NCBI GenBank assembly: GCA_050014075.1
Contig: JBEKEA010000003.1
Span: 22,638-86,637, forward strand
Direction: 5' to 3'
Source of the DNA: Sedimentisphaerales bacterium
GTDB lineage: Bacteria > Planctomycetota > Phycisphaerae > Sedimentisphaerales > UBA12454
DNA length: 64,000 nt
The translations under genes were made by a program, and so were the position numbers. The notes beneath the pieces are model-generated. The model saw nothing but the letters and a program-made list of their open reading frames with translations. It ran no database searches and had not been told where the DNA came from. Positions 25,708-36,646 of the stretch are shown here, piece after piece (the first letter of the stretch is position 1; the number at the start of each line of letters is the position of its first letter).

Positions 25708-26979
25708 TTACTGACCTTTTTTCAATAATACGACGGGAATAGTTTTTGCGAGGATATAAAGATTCAAAATTAAAGAACGCCGCTGAATATAGAGGTAATC
25801 GTACTTTAACTTATGATTAGGATGTAAATTATAAGCGCTTCTTACCTGTGCCAGACCCGTAAGTCCCGGCTTGACAGCCAATCTTATCTCCATCAGCGCC
25901 TTATGGCGTTTGACGAAATATGGTCTTTCTGGTCTTGGGCCAACTAAACTCATCTGGCCAAGTATAACATTTACTAACTGTGGAATTTCATCAAAGCGTG
26001 TATCCCTTAGGAATCGCCCGACTTTTGTTACGCGAGGATCATTCTCCGCCGCCCAAACAGGCCCAAGCTGCTTTTCGGCATCATGAACCATTGTCCTGAA
26101 TTTATACAGGGTAAAAATCATACCATCTTTGCCCACCCTTTGCTGTTTATATAAGACAGGCCCTTTGGATGTTAGCTTGATTAATATACCAATAAGAATG
26201 GTTAATGGCAGAGAAACAACCAAAATAACCAGACTACTCAAAACATCAAAACTTCTTATCAGAAACTCTTCGGCGTCTCGCTTTCTGCCGACAAAAGTGG
26301 CCAAAGGATGCTCTGAACCATCGCCATTAATCCTTCCCGGCAGCAGCTTAGCGTAACAAACAGGGCCAAAGACAACTTCTATTTTCAGCTTTTGCGCAAG
26401 ATAGGTTATAAAGCTCATATCTTTTTCATTGGGGATTGGGTCGCAGATAATAATTTCATCAATGTCTGCACAATTGATTAGTTCTTCGACTTTATTAATT
26501 TCTATTTTTTCTATGTTGGCTTTTCCCACCATAAAGTCGTCTATATTAACTTGCCCCAAGACTGCGACTTTCTTTTTGATTCTCCTGCAAATCCTTAATG
26601 CAACCCGATTAAACCTGAAAATCAGAAAAATATTAATAAAAAAGGAAATAAGGAAAACGGATGTCGGAAAGGAACCCCACTTTATTCTAAACACATAAAC
26701 AAAAGCAATGCTCATCAGCGTACCAAGAAAAAGCCCTAAAAAAACTTTTTCAAACAATACCCATGAGGATTTGAATCTGCTTTTATAAGTTCCAAATAAA
26801 GCTAATGACAATACATATATCAAAGTTAAAAAAATAAAATTGCTTTTGTAAGGATTAAAATTAATATCAGGGAAAGTAAAACCATATCTAAGCAAAAATG
26901 AACCAATAAAACCTCCATTGATTAAGACCGCATCTGCCAAAACCAAGATAATCTGAATGGGAAAATTACGATTGCGCAA
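25708..26979 (-). CDS. polyprenyl-phosphate hexose-1-phosphate transferase (WbaP/WcaJ/EpsB-type priming sugar transferase)
   Basis: 423-aa ORF. N-terminal TM helices plus a C-terminal bacterial sugar transferase domain ([54 protein letters not shown]). Confidence 0.85.
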   Translation of the reverse strand: MRNRNFPIQIILVLADAVLINGGFIGSFLLRYGFTFPDINFNPYKSNFIFLTLIYVLSLALFGTYKSRFKSSWVLFEKVFLGLFLGTLMSIAFVYVFRIKWGSFPTSVFLISFFINIFLIFRFNRVALRICRRIKKKVAVLGQVNIDDFMVGKANIEKIEINKVEELINCADIDEIIICDPIPNEKDMSFITYLAQKLKIEVVFGPVCYAKLLPGRINGDGSEHPLATFVGRKRDAEEFLIRSFDVLSSLVILVVSLPLTILIGILIKLTSKGPVLYKQQRVGKDGMIFTLYKFRTMVHDAEKQLGPVWAAENDPRVTKVGRFLRDTRFDEIPQLVNVILGQMSLVGPRPERPYFVKRHKALMEIRLAVKPGLTGLAQVRSAYNLHPNHKLKYDYLYIQRRSLILNLYILAKTIPVVLLKKGQ

Positions 26980-26996
26980 ATTATCACCTCTACTAA

Positions 26997-28121
26997 TTAT
27001 AATTTTTCACGTAGAATTTTAATTATTCTTTCCGCAGCTTTACCATCACCATAAGGGTTCACTGCTTTGGTCATTTTGTTATATGCAGAATCATCCATCA
27101 ATAGATTCCTGCATTCATTAAATATATTTTCTTGTTTATTCCCTATAAGCTTTGCGGCGCCGACTTCGATTCCTTCCGGGCGCTCTGTGGTATCCCGCAT
27201 TACTAAAATTGGTTTATTAAAAGTAATTGCCTCCTCCTGTACCCCGCCGGAATCTGTCAAAATGAAGTAAGACCTCTTCATCAAACATATAAATGAGAGG
27301 TAATCCAGAGGTTCACACAAATAAATATTAGGCAACTTACCTTGATTTAAAATTTCACCAACAGGTTTCTGCACATTAGGATTCAAATGGACTGGATACA
27401 CAAAATCATATTCAGGCGTATCCTCTGCCAGTTTTCTTATCGCAGTACAAATATCCTTAAACCCTTCACCAAAACTTTCTCTTCTGTGTCCAGTAATTAA
27501 AACAAACTTCCTATCTGTAAGAAGAAATCCGAACTTCTTCTGAAGTTTCTCGTTTATATCGGTATTTTTCATTATATCCAGAACATCATAGATGGCATCA
27601 ACAATGGTATTGCCGGTAACAAATATTTTTGCTTCGGAAATACCTTCTTTAAGCAGATTGGTTTTAGATATATTCGTAGGTGCAAAATTTAAATCTGCTA
27701 TTTGAGTCGTTATACGTCTGTTGATTTCTTCCGGAAAAGGTGCATATTTATTATTGGTTCTAAGGCCAGCTTCTATGTGTCCTACCGGCACTTTCAGATA
27801 ATATGAGGCCAGAGAAGCCGCAAGCGTTGTGGTAGTATCTCCCTGAACAAGAACAATATCAGGTTTACTTTCACTGATAATTTTTTTAAGACCACTCAGT
27901 ATGCTACTCGTTACGACAAAAAGGTCCTGATTAGCCCGCATTATATCCAAATCATAATCGGGCTTAATCTTAAAAATATCCAAAACCTGATCCAGCATTT
28001 GTCTATGCTGAGCAGTTATACAAACTTCAGTTTCGAAATCAGAACAAGACACCAGACGCCTGATTACTGGAGCCATTTTTATGGCTTCTGGACGTGTTCC
28101 AAATACTGCAAGAACTTTCAT
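26997..28121 (-). CDS. wecB: UDP-N-acetylglucosamine 2-epimerase (non-hydrolysing)
   Basis: MKVLAVFGTRPEAIKMAPV N-terminus, HIEAGLRT, DSGGVQEE and TERPEG motifs. Start placed at the Met whose ATG overlaps the upstream TAA (TAATG). The ORF is open to 28145. Confidence 0.9.
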   Translation of the reverse strand: MKVLAVFGTRPEAIKMAPVIRRLVSCSDFETEVCITAQHRQMLDQVLDIFKIKPDYDLDIMRANQDLFVVTSSILSGLKKIISESKPDIVLVQGDTTTTLAASLASYYLKVPVGHIEAGLRTNNKYAPFPEEINRRITTQIADLNFAPTNISKTNLLKEGISEAKIFVTGNTIVDAIYDVLDIMKNTDINEKLQKKFGFLLTDRKFVLITGHRRESFGEGFKDICTAIRKLAEDTPEYDFVYPVHLNPNVQKPVGEILNQGKLPNIYLCEPLDYLSFICLMKRSYFILTDSGGVQEEAITFNKPILVMRDTTERPEGIEVGAAKLIGNKQENIFNECRNLLMDDSAYNKMTKAVNPYGDGKAAERIIKILREKL

Positions 28122-28897
28122 TACTCCGGTCTCTGACAAAACCACCCGATACTACCTGCAAAAAGATTAAAAGGCCAGCACCTCCTGCATGGGTAATCAA
28201 TCAAGTTGATAAGCAATTGCAGTGCACAAGGAAATCTTACATGATTAAAAGTAAGTCCACGCATATTGACATATTTAAAACCTGCGACTTTCAGCCCTTT
28301 GGTCAGGCTTGGGGGAAATATTGGCCTTTCTCCTTCAACTTTTCCAGTAACATTACCCATAAATTTTGTGGCAAGAGTAGTGATCCAGCTAAATGGAAAC
28401 ATGGAACTCGGCTCTAATATCGCCAATGTGCCCCCCTTCCGCAACAATCTAAAAAATTCCCTTATATAAGGTTCAAACCCAACATCGAGTACATGATGTA
28501 AAAACAGAGGGCAAACAATAATATCAAAAGATTGATCTTCATACCCAGATTGCAGGATATCCCCTTCTTTCCTAATGATAATGTTTGGACATTTGGAAAG
28601 AGCGATATCAGAAATATCTATGCCATGAACTACGTCATATATGCCTTGCAAGTATTTAAAATCGTCACCTTCACCTACAGGTGCTATCAAAACCGCAGCA
28701 GTATTTCTATATGGCTTCCTACTTATGTACCTGTATAAATATCCGAAGAATCTTATTTTTTGTATTTCATTTTGCAACCAATGTCTTTCTCTCGATGCCA
28801 ACAATGGATGTGATGTCCAATGACCTGAATCTATATAAAACTTCGATTCATGCCATTTTTTTTCAGCCGCTATATCCTGACTATGCTTGTCTCTCAT
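28121..28897 (-). CDS. class I SAM-dependent methyltransferase
   Basis: 258-aa ORF. VLIAPVGEGDD (motif I-like), FDIIVCPLFLHH and LRKGGTLAILEP (motif III-like). Confidence 0.65.
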   Translation of the reverse strand: MRDKHSQDIAAEKKWHESKFYIDSGHWTSHPLLASRERHWLQNEIQKIRFFGYLYRYISRKPYRNTAAVLIAPVGEGDDFKYLQGIYDVVHGIDISDIALSKCPNIIIRKEGDILQSGYEDQSFDIIVCPLFLHHVLDVGFEPYIREFFRLLRKGGTLAILEPSSMFPFSWITTLATKFMGNVTGKVEGERPIFPPSLTKGLKVAGFKYVNMRGLTFNHVRFPCALQLLINLIDYPCRRCWPFNLFAGSIGWFCQRPE

Positions 28898-28907
28898 AAG
28901 ATACTGT

Positions 28908-29945
28908 TTATATGTCCTTATCCCTTACTGCCGAGGACATTCCCGGAGAAAATGAAGCTGATTTTTCAATTAGCTCCCAATTTTTTTTGAACCATTCTAC
29001 CGTCACAGCTAATCCTTTTTCAAACGCGACTTTAGGTTGATATCCTATAAGTTTATTAGCCCTTTCTACTGACGCCAAAAGTCTGCTCTTTGTGTCCCAT
29101 TTCCTCCTGGACACAAATTTTATACCAGCTTTATTGCCGGTAGCTTCGTTAATCATATTGGCAAGATTTATTATCGAAGTTTCCTTTCCTGAAGCCAAAT
29201 TAAATTCCGCTCCCACAGCTTTTTCGCAGAATCCTGCTCTCAAAAGCCCATCGACCAAATCGCCAACATAGGTAAAATCTCTTGTTTCATTACCAGTTCC
29301 GGTAATCGAAAGAACTTCGCCTTTCATAGCCCAATAAATAAAATTAGGTATTACGTTTCTGTACTGGCCCGGCACTTCTCCCGGCCCATAAGAGTTAAAA
29401 AATCTCGCCTTTACAACAGGCAAATCATAATGGTTAAAAAAGAAATTACAGTAAAGCTCACCCAGCATTTTTGTAATTTGATAAGGTGTACTTAAATTCA
29501 TAGACATAAATTCTTCCTTTAATGGCAGCGGTGCATTACTACCATAAATGGAACAACCGGAAGAAGCATAAATGAATCTTTTGACTCCCGTCAGCATAAG
29601 ATACTGCAGCAGTTTTAAGGTGCCGATGCCATTTGTTATTATATCTTTCTCGGGATAATCAACGGAATTTTGGTTTGCAAAAAAGGCAGCCAAATGAAAA
29701 ACAATCTCAGGTTTTTCAGACAAAACACGTTTCAACATTATATCATGAGTTACATCACCCTCAACAAACATGACATTAGGCAATGCTGGTATATTCCACT
29801 TAAAAGAAGAAGTGAGATTGTCGAGAACTATTACACATTTAGCTTTGCATTCGGCCAACGCTTTAGTTAGATTACATCCTATAGCACCAGCCCCACCTGT
29901 AACGAGTATCACTTTACCATTATAATAGTCATGATATTCTGCCAT
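28908..29945 (-). CDS. NAD-dependent nucleotide-sugar epimerase/dehydratase (extended SDR)
   Basis: 345-aa ORF. VLVTGGAGAIGCNL Rossmann motif, SSGCSIYG and YQITK (Y-x3-K). Confidence 0.8.
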   Translation of the reverse strand: MAEYHDYYNGKVILVTGGAGAIGCNLTKALAECKAKCVIVLDNLTSSFKWNIPALPNVMFVEGDVTHDIMLKRVLSEKPEIVFHLAAFFANQNSVDYPEKDIITNGIGTLKLLQYLMLTGVKRFIYASSGCSIYGSNAPLPLKEEFMSMNLSTPYQITKMLGELYCNFFFNHYDLPVVKARFFNSYGPGEVPGQYRNVIPNFIYWAMKGEVLSITGTGNETRDFTYVGDLVDGLLRAGFCEKAVGAEFNLASGKETSIINLANMINEATGNKAGIKFVSRRKWDTKSRLLASVERANKLIGYQPKVAFEKGLAVTVEWFKKNWELIEKSASFSPGMSSAVRDKDI

Positions 29946-29958
29946 ACTATAGTTCTCC

Positions 29959-31179
29959 TTAATTTAGAATCTGCTTAAATAGTTGTATGTACTTGTCAGC
30001 ACAAACATTAAGCGAAAAATTTTCCACACAATAACAACGCCCATTTTTGCCGTACTGCTCACGAAGTTCGGGAGCAGTGTACAGTTTAAGTATGGCCATC
30101 GCAAGCTCTTTATGGTCGCCAGCAGGAAATACAAAACCACATTGAGCTTGTTCTACTATTTTTGACGCATCACCTTTCAAATTCATACAAGCTATCAACG
30201 GTTTCCCAGCAGCCATGATACTTAACATCTTCGACGGCACTACCGGCGTTAAAACTTCTTTTTTCAATGCTGAAAGACAAATATCTGAGCAATGCAAAAC
30301 CTGGGAATATACATCACGAGACTGCATAGGTATAAACAAAATATTTTTAAGATTCATTTCATTTGCTTTTTTCTCAAGACGACTTTTCTCCACTCCATCC
30401 CCCACAATTAAAATTAATATGTCCTTTTTCTCTCTGATCAGATTTGCAGCATCAAGTATCACATCAATATCCTGAGAATAACCAATAACGCCAGCAAAAG
30501 AAACAACAAATTTGTCCTGCAAATTGTATTTTTGGCTGAAGACATTATATTTTTTGCCAGGCTGAAGATAATCTGTGTCAATCCAGTTAGGTACAACAGT
30601 CGTTTTCTTGCCATCAATTCCAATTGTTACAATATAATCTTTATTGCCTGTGGAATGAACCGTAATGTGTTTGGCATAATCACATATCTTTTTCTCAAGA
30701 TACTTAAAAAAATGTATCAAAAATCTATTTTTAAGAATTTTTAAATCTATCGCGCTTTGCGGGAAGAGATCTTGAACATTAAAAATAAAAGGCGTTCCAT
30801 TTTTTGTTAACGATATGCCCACAAAACCAAGGGGCAACGGAGGTGAGTATACCAATGCGATATCATGCCTTTCAATTCTCCTGGCAGTGATTGAAAAGTA
30901 ATATGCCATTGCAAAATGCCATAAAGCCCGCATCGCCGGAATATATCTGGGAAATTGTGGAACTTTTACACGAATAACAGACATATTCTCTATCTGTTCT
31001 TTTAGAATCTTTCGTGACTTATAGCCTTTGGTATCTCCTACTACATGATAGGACGGGAAAGAGGTAAGTACAGTAACCTCTATCCCTTTTTGTACAAGTT
31101 TTTTCCCCAGATCATAAAAAAGATTAGCAGCCGAACCCGTATCAGGAGGAAAATATGCACTAATAAGCAATACTTTCAT
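29959..31179 (-). CDS. glycosyltransferase family 4 (WbuB-like GT-B)
   Basis: 406-aa ORF. MKVLLISAYFPPDTGSAANLFYDL N-terminus and a C-terminal GT1/GT4 E-x7-E-like region. The ATG overlaps the upstream TGA (ATGA). Confidence 0.75.
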   Translation of the reverse strand: MKVLLISAYFPPDTGSAANLFYDLGKKLVQKGIEVTVLTSFPSYHVVGDTKGYKSRKILKEQIENMSVIRVKVPQFPRYIPAMRALWHFAMAYYFSITARRIERHDIALVYSPPLPLGFVGISLTKNGTPFIFNVQDLFPQSAIDLKILKNRFLIHFFKYLEKKICDYAKHITVHSTGNKDYIVTIGIDGKKTTVVPNWIDTDYLQPGKKYNVFSQKYNLQDKFVVSFAGVIGYSQDIDVILDAANLIREKKDILILIVGDGVEKSRLEKKANEMNLKNILFIPMQSRDVYSQVLHCSDICLSALKKEVLTPVVPSKMLSIMAAGKPLIACMNLKGDASKIVEQAQCGFVFPAGDHKELAMAILKLYTAPELREQYGKNGRCYCVENFSLNVCADKYIQLFKQILN

Positions 31180-33341
31180 CCGATATCCTCAATTAAAATT
31201 GGCTTGCCGGTTTTCAAAGACTCAACAATACTGAAAACTGTCATCGCATTAACATAATATTCTCGAGTTTCCTCTGCAGAAACTTCTTGTGTAATAAAAT
31301 GTTTAATTTCATTCTCATATCCCATGTCCTGAGAAAAATGCGTCATTTTCTTTCGCTTATTGCTTTTAACCCTTACAGCCCGTTTGAAATCCTCAAGATA
31401 ATATACTGATTCATCCCGAAACACTTCAATTATTTCACGCGGGTATGCCTTGCTGCCCTGAGACGTATAGGTAATAGTCCCAACCGACCCATCTTCGCAG
31501 TTCATGATGACAATAATGTTATCATTGCTTTTATACTTTTCTGTCGACCTTATACTTTCCGTGTAAACTCTCACCGGTTTAGAGCCTGTGATAAACTGCA
31601 CATAATCTACAAAGTGGCATAGCTCACCGATGATCCTTCCGCCACCAACCTCGCTATCTTGCGTCCAGTGGTTGTCATCAATGTATCCCGCATTTATCCT
31701 GTAGTTTATCATGAAAGGACCAGCCTGTCCGAGAAACTCTTTCATGTCTTCCGCATACGGACTATATCTTCTGTTAAACCCCACCATTAATATTGAGTGA
31801 CTTGCATTATAAACATCAACGATTTCTTTTAGTTCCGCTTTATTCAGACATAACGGTTTTTCCACAAAAACATGTTTATTTGCTTTTAACGCCTCAATTA
31901 CAATCCTGGCATGCATATCATGTCTTGTCATTATAAAAACGCTTCCAATATCAGGGTCTTCCAGCAGTTTCCGATAATCGGATGTTGCATAATTAAAACC
32001 GAATTTTGAGGCTATGTGTTCCGAGGTAATACCTCTGGTAGTTGCAATGCCTATAAGATTAATGTTTTTTATTTTTACCAAAGTCGGCAAAAACAGATTT
32101 TTAGTGAACATACCGCCACCGACAAAACCTACGTTGTCCCGCTTATCATTAATAGGCCTTGTGCAAGAATCCTTTTTAACAACAATGCTAAGTTTCTTAA
32201 GCTGATCCCCATCGGGCAATCCTCTAGAATACTCAAGCACAACTCCAATATAAAATTCACTACATTCAAGCAGCATTTTATAAGCTGGAACCGCTTCATT
32301 AATTTCAAACCTGTGCGTAATCAATTCTTTTACTTTAACTTTATTTTCCGACACCAACTTTAGAAAATACTCTATATTCTTCTTCTCAGGCCACCGAACA
32401 TACCCAATGGGGTAATCTATTCCCAAAACTTCATAGTTGGCATCTGAAATACCTGGTCCCGCTGCTTTAGAAACCCGAAACTCAAGTTCCTTATCCCAAA
32501 AGTCTTTTCTGTCCAATTGTATGTTGCATACTCCCACCAACACAACTTTACCTCTTTGACGAGTAATTTTTTGAGCCATCTGAATCGGACGGTCATCTTC
32601 AGTCGCCGCCGTAATCAACACGGCATCCATTCTGTCCTGACAATCAACAACCAAAGCTTCAATTTCTGAATAAACTTTTTCGCATCCCAATTTTCCTGCT
32701 AACTGGCACTTCCTGTCATCGATGTCGATACCTACAACTTCACATCCTACAGCCCTTAGAATCTGAACTGTAATAAGACCAAGCAATCCCAGGCCAACAA
32801 CTGCAACCTTTTCTCCAAAAGTCAATTTGGCTTCTCTAATACCATGTAAGGCAATCCCTCCCAGCATGCAAAATGCTGCTTCTTCAAAATCCAGAGATTC
32901 ACCCGTATTTCTTAAGGGTATTTTTACACATAGATTCTCAGGAATAAAATTATACTCTGAGTGATTAGCGTAGCCGGAGCCTGCTATCGCCACTTTATCT
33001 CCCACTTTAAAATCACTCACACCATTTCCAACCTCCACTATTATTCCTGCAGCGCTGTATCCTAAAGGAAATGGTTCGTCCAACCTGCTCATGGATTCCT
33101 TGAATACCTTAAACAGGCCTTCTTTTAGGGCTTTGTCTAATGCCCTTTTAAACAAATCAGGCCTTGCTTTAGCCTTATAAAGGATATTCTTGCGGGCAAA
33201 GTCGATAATGGATTTCTCTGTCCCTGCGCTAATAAGCGAATCTATGGTTTTTACTATTACTCCTTTTGATTTACACAAAGGATAAGGAACCTCTCTTAAT
33301 GCTAACTCGCCCGTTTTAAGATTTTGAATAAGTTGTTTCAT
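31176..33341 (-). CDS. bi-domain oxidoreductase: zinc/MDR alcohol-dehydrogenase-like N-half fused to Gfo/Idh/MocA C-half
   Basis: ~721 aa. The N-half has GYSAAGIIVEVG...VAVVGLGLLGLITVQIL (MDR Rossmann). The C-half has VGFVGGGMFT...HVFVEKP (Gfo/Idh/MocA EKP motif). Start placed at the ATG at 33341. The ORF is open to a TTG at 33347. Confidence 0.75.
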   Translation of the reverse strand: MKQLIQNLKTGELALREVPYPLCKSKGVIVKTIDSLISAGTEKSIIDFARKNILYKAKARPDLFKRALDKALKEGLFKVFKESMSRLDEPFPLGYSAAGIIVEVGNGVSDFKVGDKVAIAGSGYANHSEYNFIPENLCVKIPLRNTGESLDFEEAAFCMLGGIALHGIREAKLTFGEKVAVVGLGLLGLITVQILRAVGCEVVGIDIDDRKCQLAGKLGCEKVYSEIEALVVDCQDRMDAVLITAATEDDRPIQMAQKITRQRGKVVLVGVCNIQLDRKDFWDKELEFRVSKAAGPGISDANYEVLGIDYPIGYVRWPEKKNIEYFLKLVSENKVKVKELITHRFEINEAVPAYKMLLECSEFYIGVVLEYSRGLPDGDQLKKLSIVVKKDSCTRPINDKRDNVGFVGGGMFTKNLFLPTLVKIKNINLIGIATTRGITSEHIASKFGFNYATSDYRKLLEDPDIGSVFIMTRHDMHARIVIEALKANKHVFVEKPLCLNKAELKEIVDVYNASHSILMVGFNRRYSPYAEDMKEFLGQAGPFMINYRINAGYIDDNHWTQDSEVGGGRIIGELCHFVDYVQFITGSKPVRVYTESIRSTEKYKSNDNIIVIMNCEDGSVGTITYTSQGSKAYPREIIEVFRDESVYYLEDFKRAVRVKSNKRKKMTHFSQDMGYENEIKHFITQEVSAEETREYYVNAMTVFSIVESLKTGKPILIEDIG

Positions 33342-33343
33342 GT

Positions 33344-34321
33344 TCAAAAGTTTAATTTTATTTTGTTCTTTTTACCAGTTAAAAAATAGTAAATTTTATG
33401 GATCAAAATACCAAATTTCGAATAATAAAGCAGATAAGTCAAAAACCCGCTGTAGAAGACTTTGTGAACGAATTTGTCCTTTAGTGTTCGTTTAAGATTG
33501 TATTGGTGTGTACAAAATGGTTCTATAGGGTTATTCGTGTGTATGGATTTAGCAGATGGGAGCTTGCCAAGTTTTTTGGCGTACGATAAGTAATCCACGT
33601 CTTCTACATCGATACCCAAGATTTTACTACCCACTCTTTCAAAAGCAAAAATATCGTCTGATGCGATAAGGGTATTGAATGGGACAACCGTGCCATTCAT
33701 AGGTCCTTTGTCAGTAAGGAGATAGAAAGGGTCAGAAATCAGAATTTTAGGAGCTATTAGCTCATTGATTTTCAAAGCTGCCTCTTTAAAAATATGATGA
33801 TAACGCATGCGAAAAGGATCCAGAATGCAACCCCATTGGTTCTTTAGGCCAAAAGTAAATTTGTTCATGCTGTGCACTTTCAGAACTGGTACAGAAATAA
33901 AAACATCTATATTCTCTAATAAGAATTTGGGCAGAGGTATATTGTATATCTTAGAACCAACTTCCACCTGAACATGTTTGATTTCTGAATCATAAAGATT
34001 CATTATATTCACATTATATTTCTTTTGGATTTCATACAGATTGTGATTTAAAAATGCCTCCTCTGCTTTCCAAGCGTAATATCCCCCATCTGTTTCTCCT
34101 ATCGTTATGTTGCCGCAGCGAGTCTTCAATACCTTTACTAAACCTTCTAAAAACTGTGGCGATGTAGTAACACCCTGTTTATAAGTAGGAAAGGTAAAAT
34201 TAGGTTTGATAACAACTCTGGAATTTTCTTGTATAATCTTTTCCCAGCCAATCCACTTTAGTGCTTCGTGGATTTTTTTCTCGATGTCATCGTTGATTTT
34301 GGAAACAAATACTTTACACAT
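33344..34321 (-). CDS. DUF362-like protein
   Basis: 325-aa ORF. VVIKPNFTFP...TTSPQFLEGLVKVLK...ITIGE matches the general DUF362 pattern. Recalled by eye. Confidence 0.5.
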   Translation of the reverse strand: MCKVFVSKINDDIEKKIHEALKWIGWEKIIQENSRVVIKPNFTFPTYKQGVTTSPQFLEGLVKVLKTRCGNITIGETDGGYYAWKAEEAFLNHNLYEIQKKYNVNIMNLYDSEIKHVQVEVGSKIYNIPLPKFLLENIDVFISVPVLKVHSMNKFTFGLKNQWGCILDPFRMRYHHIFKEAALKINELIAPKILISDPFYLLTDKGPMNGTVVPFNTLIASDDIFAFERVGSKILGIDVEDVDYLSYAKKLGKLPSAKSIHTNNPIEPFCTHQYNLKRTLKDKFVHKVFYSGFLTYLLYYSKFGILIHKIYYFLTGKKNKIKLNF

Positions 34322-34325
34322 ACAA

Positions 34326-35819
34326 CTACTTTTCCTTGCCCCACCACCATCTTAGGGCTTTTTTAATGTCGCTTAACATTAGCTTAGGCTCTTTGTAGTA
34401 AGTTAATCTTCTTGCCCAGCCCCGCCTAATAATGTTACTAAGTTTGGTGTTGTGTTTGTGAAATTCAGTCATTAAAAAAGTAACTAACCTATCAAATTCA
34501 CGCTTATCAATACCAGCCACTCTTTTGCTTGGATCAACGAAAAAATAATCCTTGGCGTTGGTATTAAAGAAATGGTCTAAGTTTACTTCCGGCTGCAGCA
34601 GTCCCATTCTTACACCCTGTTCAAAAAGCTCCGTTTTAGGAAAAGGGTTATAAACTCCCAACCCTGCATAATGTGGATTTAACTCTTCCATAAACTCACA
34701 AGTTTTTCTTATATCCTCTTCGGTTTCTGTAGGAATCCCCACCATAAAATATCCGCTCCAAAAAAGGTTATGTTTGTTCAATAATTTTGCTGCCTCCCGC
34801 ATTTGTTCAAATGTCACTCCCTTTTTAGTATCTTTCAGGATTTTCTCGCTACCCGTTTCAATTCCTAATTTGATTATATTACAACCTGCTTTCTTCATCT
34901 TCTTTATTAATTCTTCATCTATGAGATTTGCCCTTGTGGTGCAGCCCCAGTTGACTTTGAGTTTTTCTGAAATTAATTCTTCACAGAGTTGAATTATTCT
35001 TTTCCTGTTTAGAGTAAAGGTATCGTCTTTAAATTCAAATTGTCTTGTGCCATATTGTTGTTTTACTTCTTTGATCTCTTTGATTACGTTGTCAATAGAA
35101 CGATTTCTTACCTTTTTCTGCCACATATGACAACAATAACTGCAATGGAACGGACACCCCCGAGAGGTCATAATGACACCTACATCCTCTGAGGTATAAC
35201 TTTTCTGATTCATTAGAAGGCCACGGGCAGGAAAGGGAATCTGGTCCAAATTTTCAATAAATTCCCTTGACTGATTGTGGATAATGCTCCCGTCTCGCTT
35301 AAACGATATTCCTTGTACTGCCTTAAGATCACTGTTGTTTTCTATCGATTTGATAAGTTCCAAAAAGGTTCTCTCTCCCTCACCCCTAACTATCATATCT
35401 ATATCTTTGCTTTTCAAGGTCTGTTCAGGCAGGAAAGTGGGGTGGGAACCGCCTACAACTACTTTACAGCGGGGGTTGTGTTTCTTGACTACTTCGGCAG
35501 TTTTCAAGACTGAACCAAACTTGGTAGTCATGGCAGTTATACCCACTAAATCCGGCTTGTAGTCCTCTAACACATGCTTAATGTCTTGCCAGACCCTATG
35601 TTTATCATTATTTAACCCCTCCCGATACAACTCTAAGCTTTTATACTCCTCGGTAAAATCGAGGCTGGTTCCTTTTTGAATGGCATCCACATCAAAAATA
35701 GTAGTTTCATACCCTGCATCTCTTAGCACGGCAGCTAAATAGGTTAATCCAATAGGGAAATAAAAATTTACAAACCCGGTGAATATTTTAAATGGAGGGT
35801 CTATCAGCAATATTCTCAT
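34326..35819 (-). CDS. B12-binding-domain radical SAM enzyme
   Basis: 497-aa ORF. N-terminal Rossmann-like B12-binding domain (DLVGITAMTT...VVVGGSHPT) and radical SAM cluster SRGCPFHCSYC. Confidence 0.85.
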   Translation of the reverse strand: MRILLIDPPFKIFTGFVNFYFPIGLTYLAAVLRDAGYETTIFDVDAIQKGTSLDFTEEYKSLELYREGLNNDKHRVWQDIKHVLEDYKPDLVGITAMTTKFGSVLKTAEVVKKHNPRCKVVVGGSHPTFLPEQTLKSKDIDMIVRGEGERTFLELIKSIENNSDLKAVQGISFKRDGSIIHNQSREFIENLDQIPFPARGLLMNQKSYTSEDVGVIMTSRGCPFHCSYCCHMWQKKVRNRSIDNVIKEIKEVKQQYGTRQFEFKDDTFTLNRKRIIQLCEELISEKLKVNWGCTTRANLIDEELIKKMKKAGCNIIKLGIETGSEKILKDTKKGVTFEQMREAAKLLNKHNLFWSGYFMVGIPTETEEDIRKTCEFMEELNPHYAGLGVYNPFPKTELFEQGVRMGLLQPEVNLDHFFNTNAKDYFFVDPSKRVAGIDKREFDRLVTFLMTEFHKHNTKLSNIIRRGWARRLTYYKEPKLMLSDIKKALRWWWGKEK

Positions 35820-35949
35820 ATACTCACAAGTCTTTTTATAAATTGTTCAACAATATCTTCGGATTATATTCTCTAATCTGGAAAAATCCTAACAACAGAA
35901 AGAATGAATTTCTTATAGAGGCATATTCGTAAATGCAGCTATCTAAAGG

Positions 35950-36633
35950 TTATATTTTCCCATTTGCCTCTTCTATCTGAGAAATTTGCTCTAAAGCAAA
36001 CCAGTCTTCCTCAATAAGATACGTTCCCAGGCTTCTTTTCTGGTCAATCATCTTTTTTATAACATCCGGCATTGTAACAAAACTGTCTTTAGGAACATCT
36101 TTTAAAACAGTGGCTTTGACAATATAGATACCCGCAATAATGTCATATTCCTCTATTGGTTTTTCCTTCACATCATATACTATTCCTTGTTTTATAGACA
36201 AAACTCCAAACGGAAGTTGCTGTTTGTATTTTCGAACGCCTACAGTAATTTCATTTTTTTTGTTGTAATGATGTTCAACCATTTTAGAGAAATTTAATTT
36301 AGTAATTATATCACCATTCATTATGAGAAAGGATTCATCCTTAGAAAATTTATCCTCTATCATAGATAAAACCCCGGCAGTTCCAAGCGGTTTTTTTTCT
36401 TTAATGTAGGTTATTTTGATTTTAAAATCAGAACCATCACCAAAGTATATCTCTATCAAATGCGAATTGTAACCGGTCGCAAAAATGAAATCCTCAAATC
36501 CATATGACTTAAGACGTTCCACGATTATTTGCAATATTGGTTTTTCTTTAATAGGAATTAAAGGCTTTGGAATAACATACGTAAGCGGTCTTAATCTTGT
36601 ACCCAATCCCCCTGCCAATATTACTGCTTTCAT
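35950..36633 (-). CDS. sugar-1-phosphate nucleotidyltransferase
   Basis: 227-aa ORF. MKAVILAGGLGTRLRPLTYVIPKPLIPI is the canonical NTP_transferase signature. Confidence 0.85.
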   Translation of the reverse strand: MKAVILAGGLGTRLRPLTYVIPKPLIPIKEKPILQIIVERLKSYGFEDFIFATGYNSHLIEIYFGDGSDFKIKITYIKEKKPLGTAGVLSMIEDKFSKDESFLIMNGDIITKLNFSKMVEHHYNKKNEITVGVRKYKQQLPFGVLSIKQGIVYDVKEKPIEEYDIIAGIYIVKATVLKDVPKDSFVTMPDVIKKMIDQKRSLGTYLIEEDWFALEQISQIEEANGKI

Positions 36634-36646
36634 GTTTTCCTTTCAC

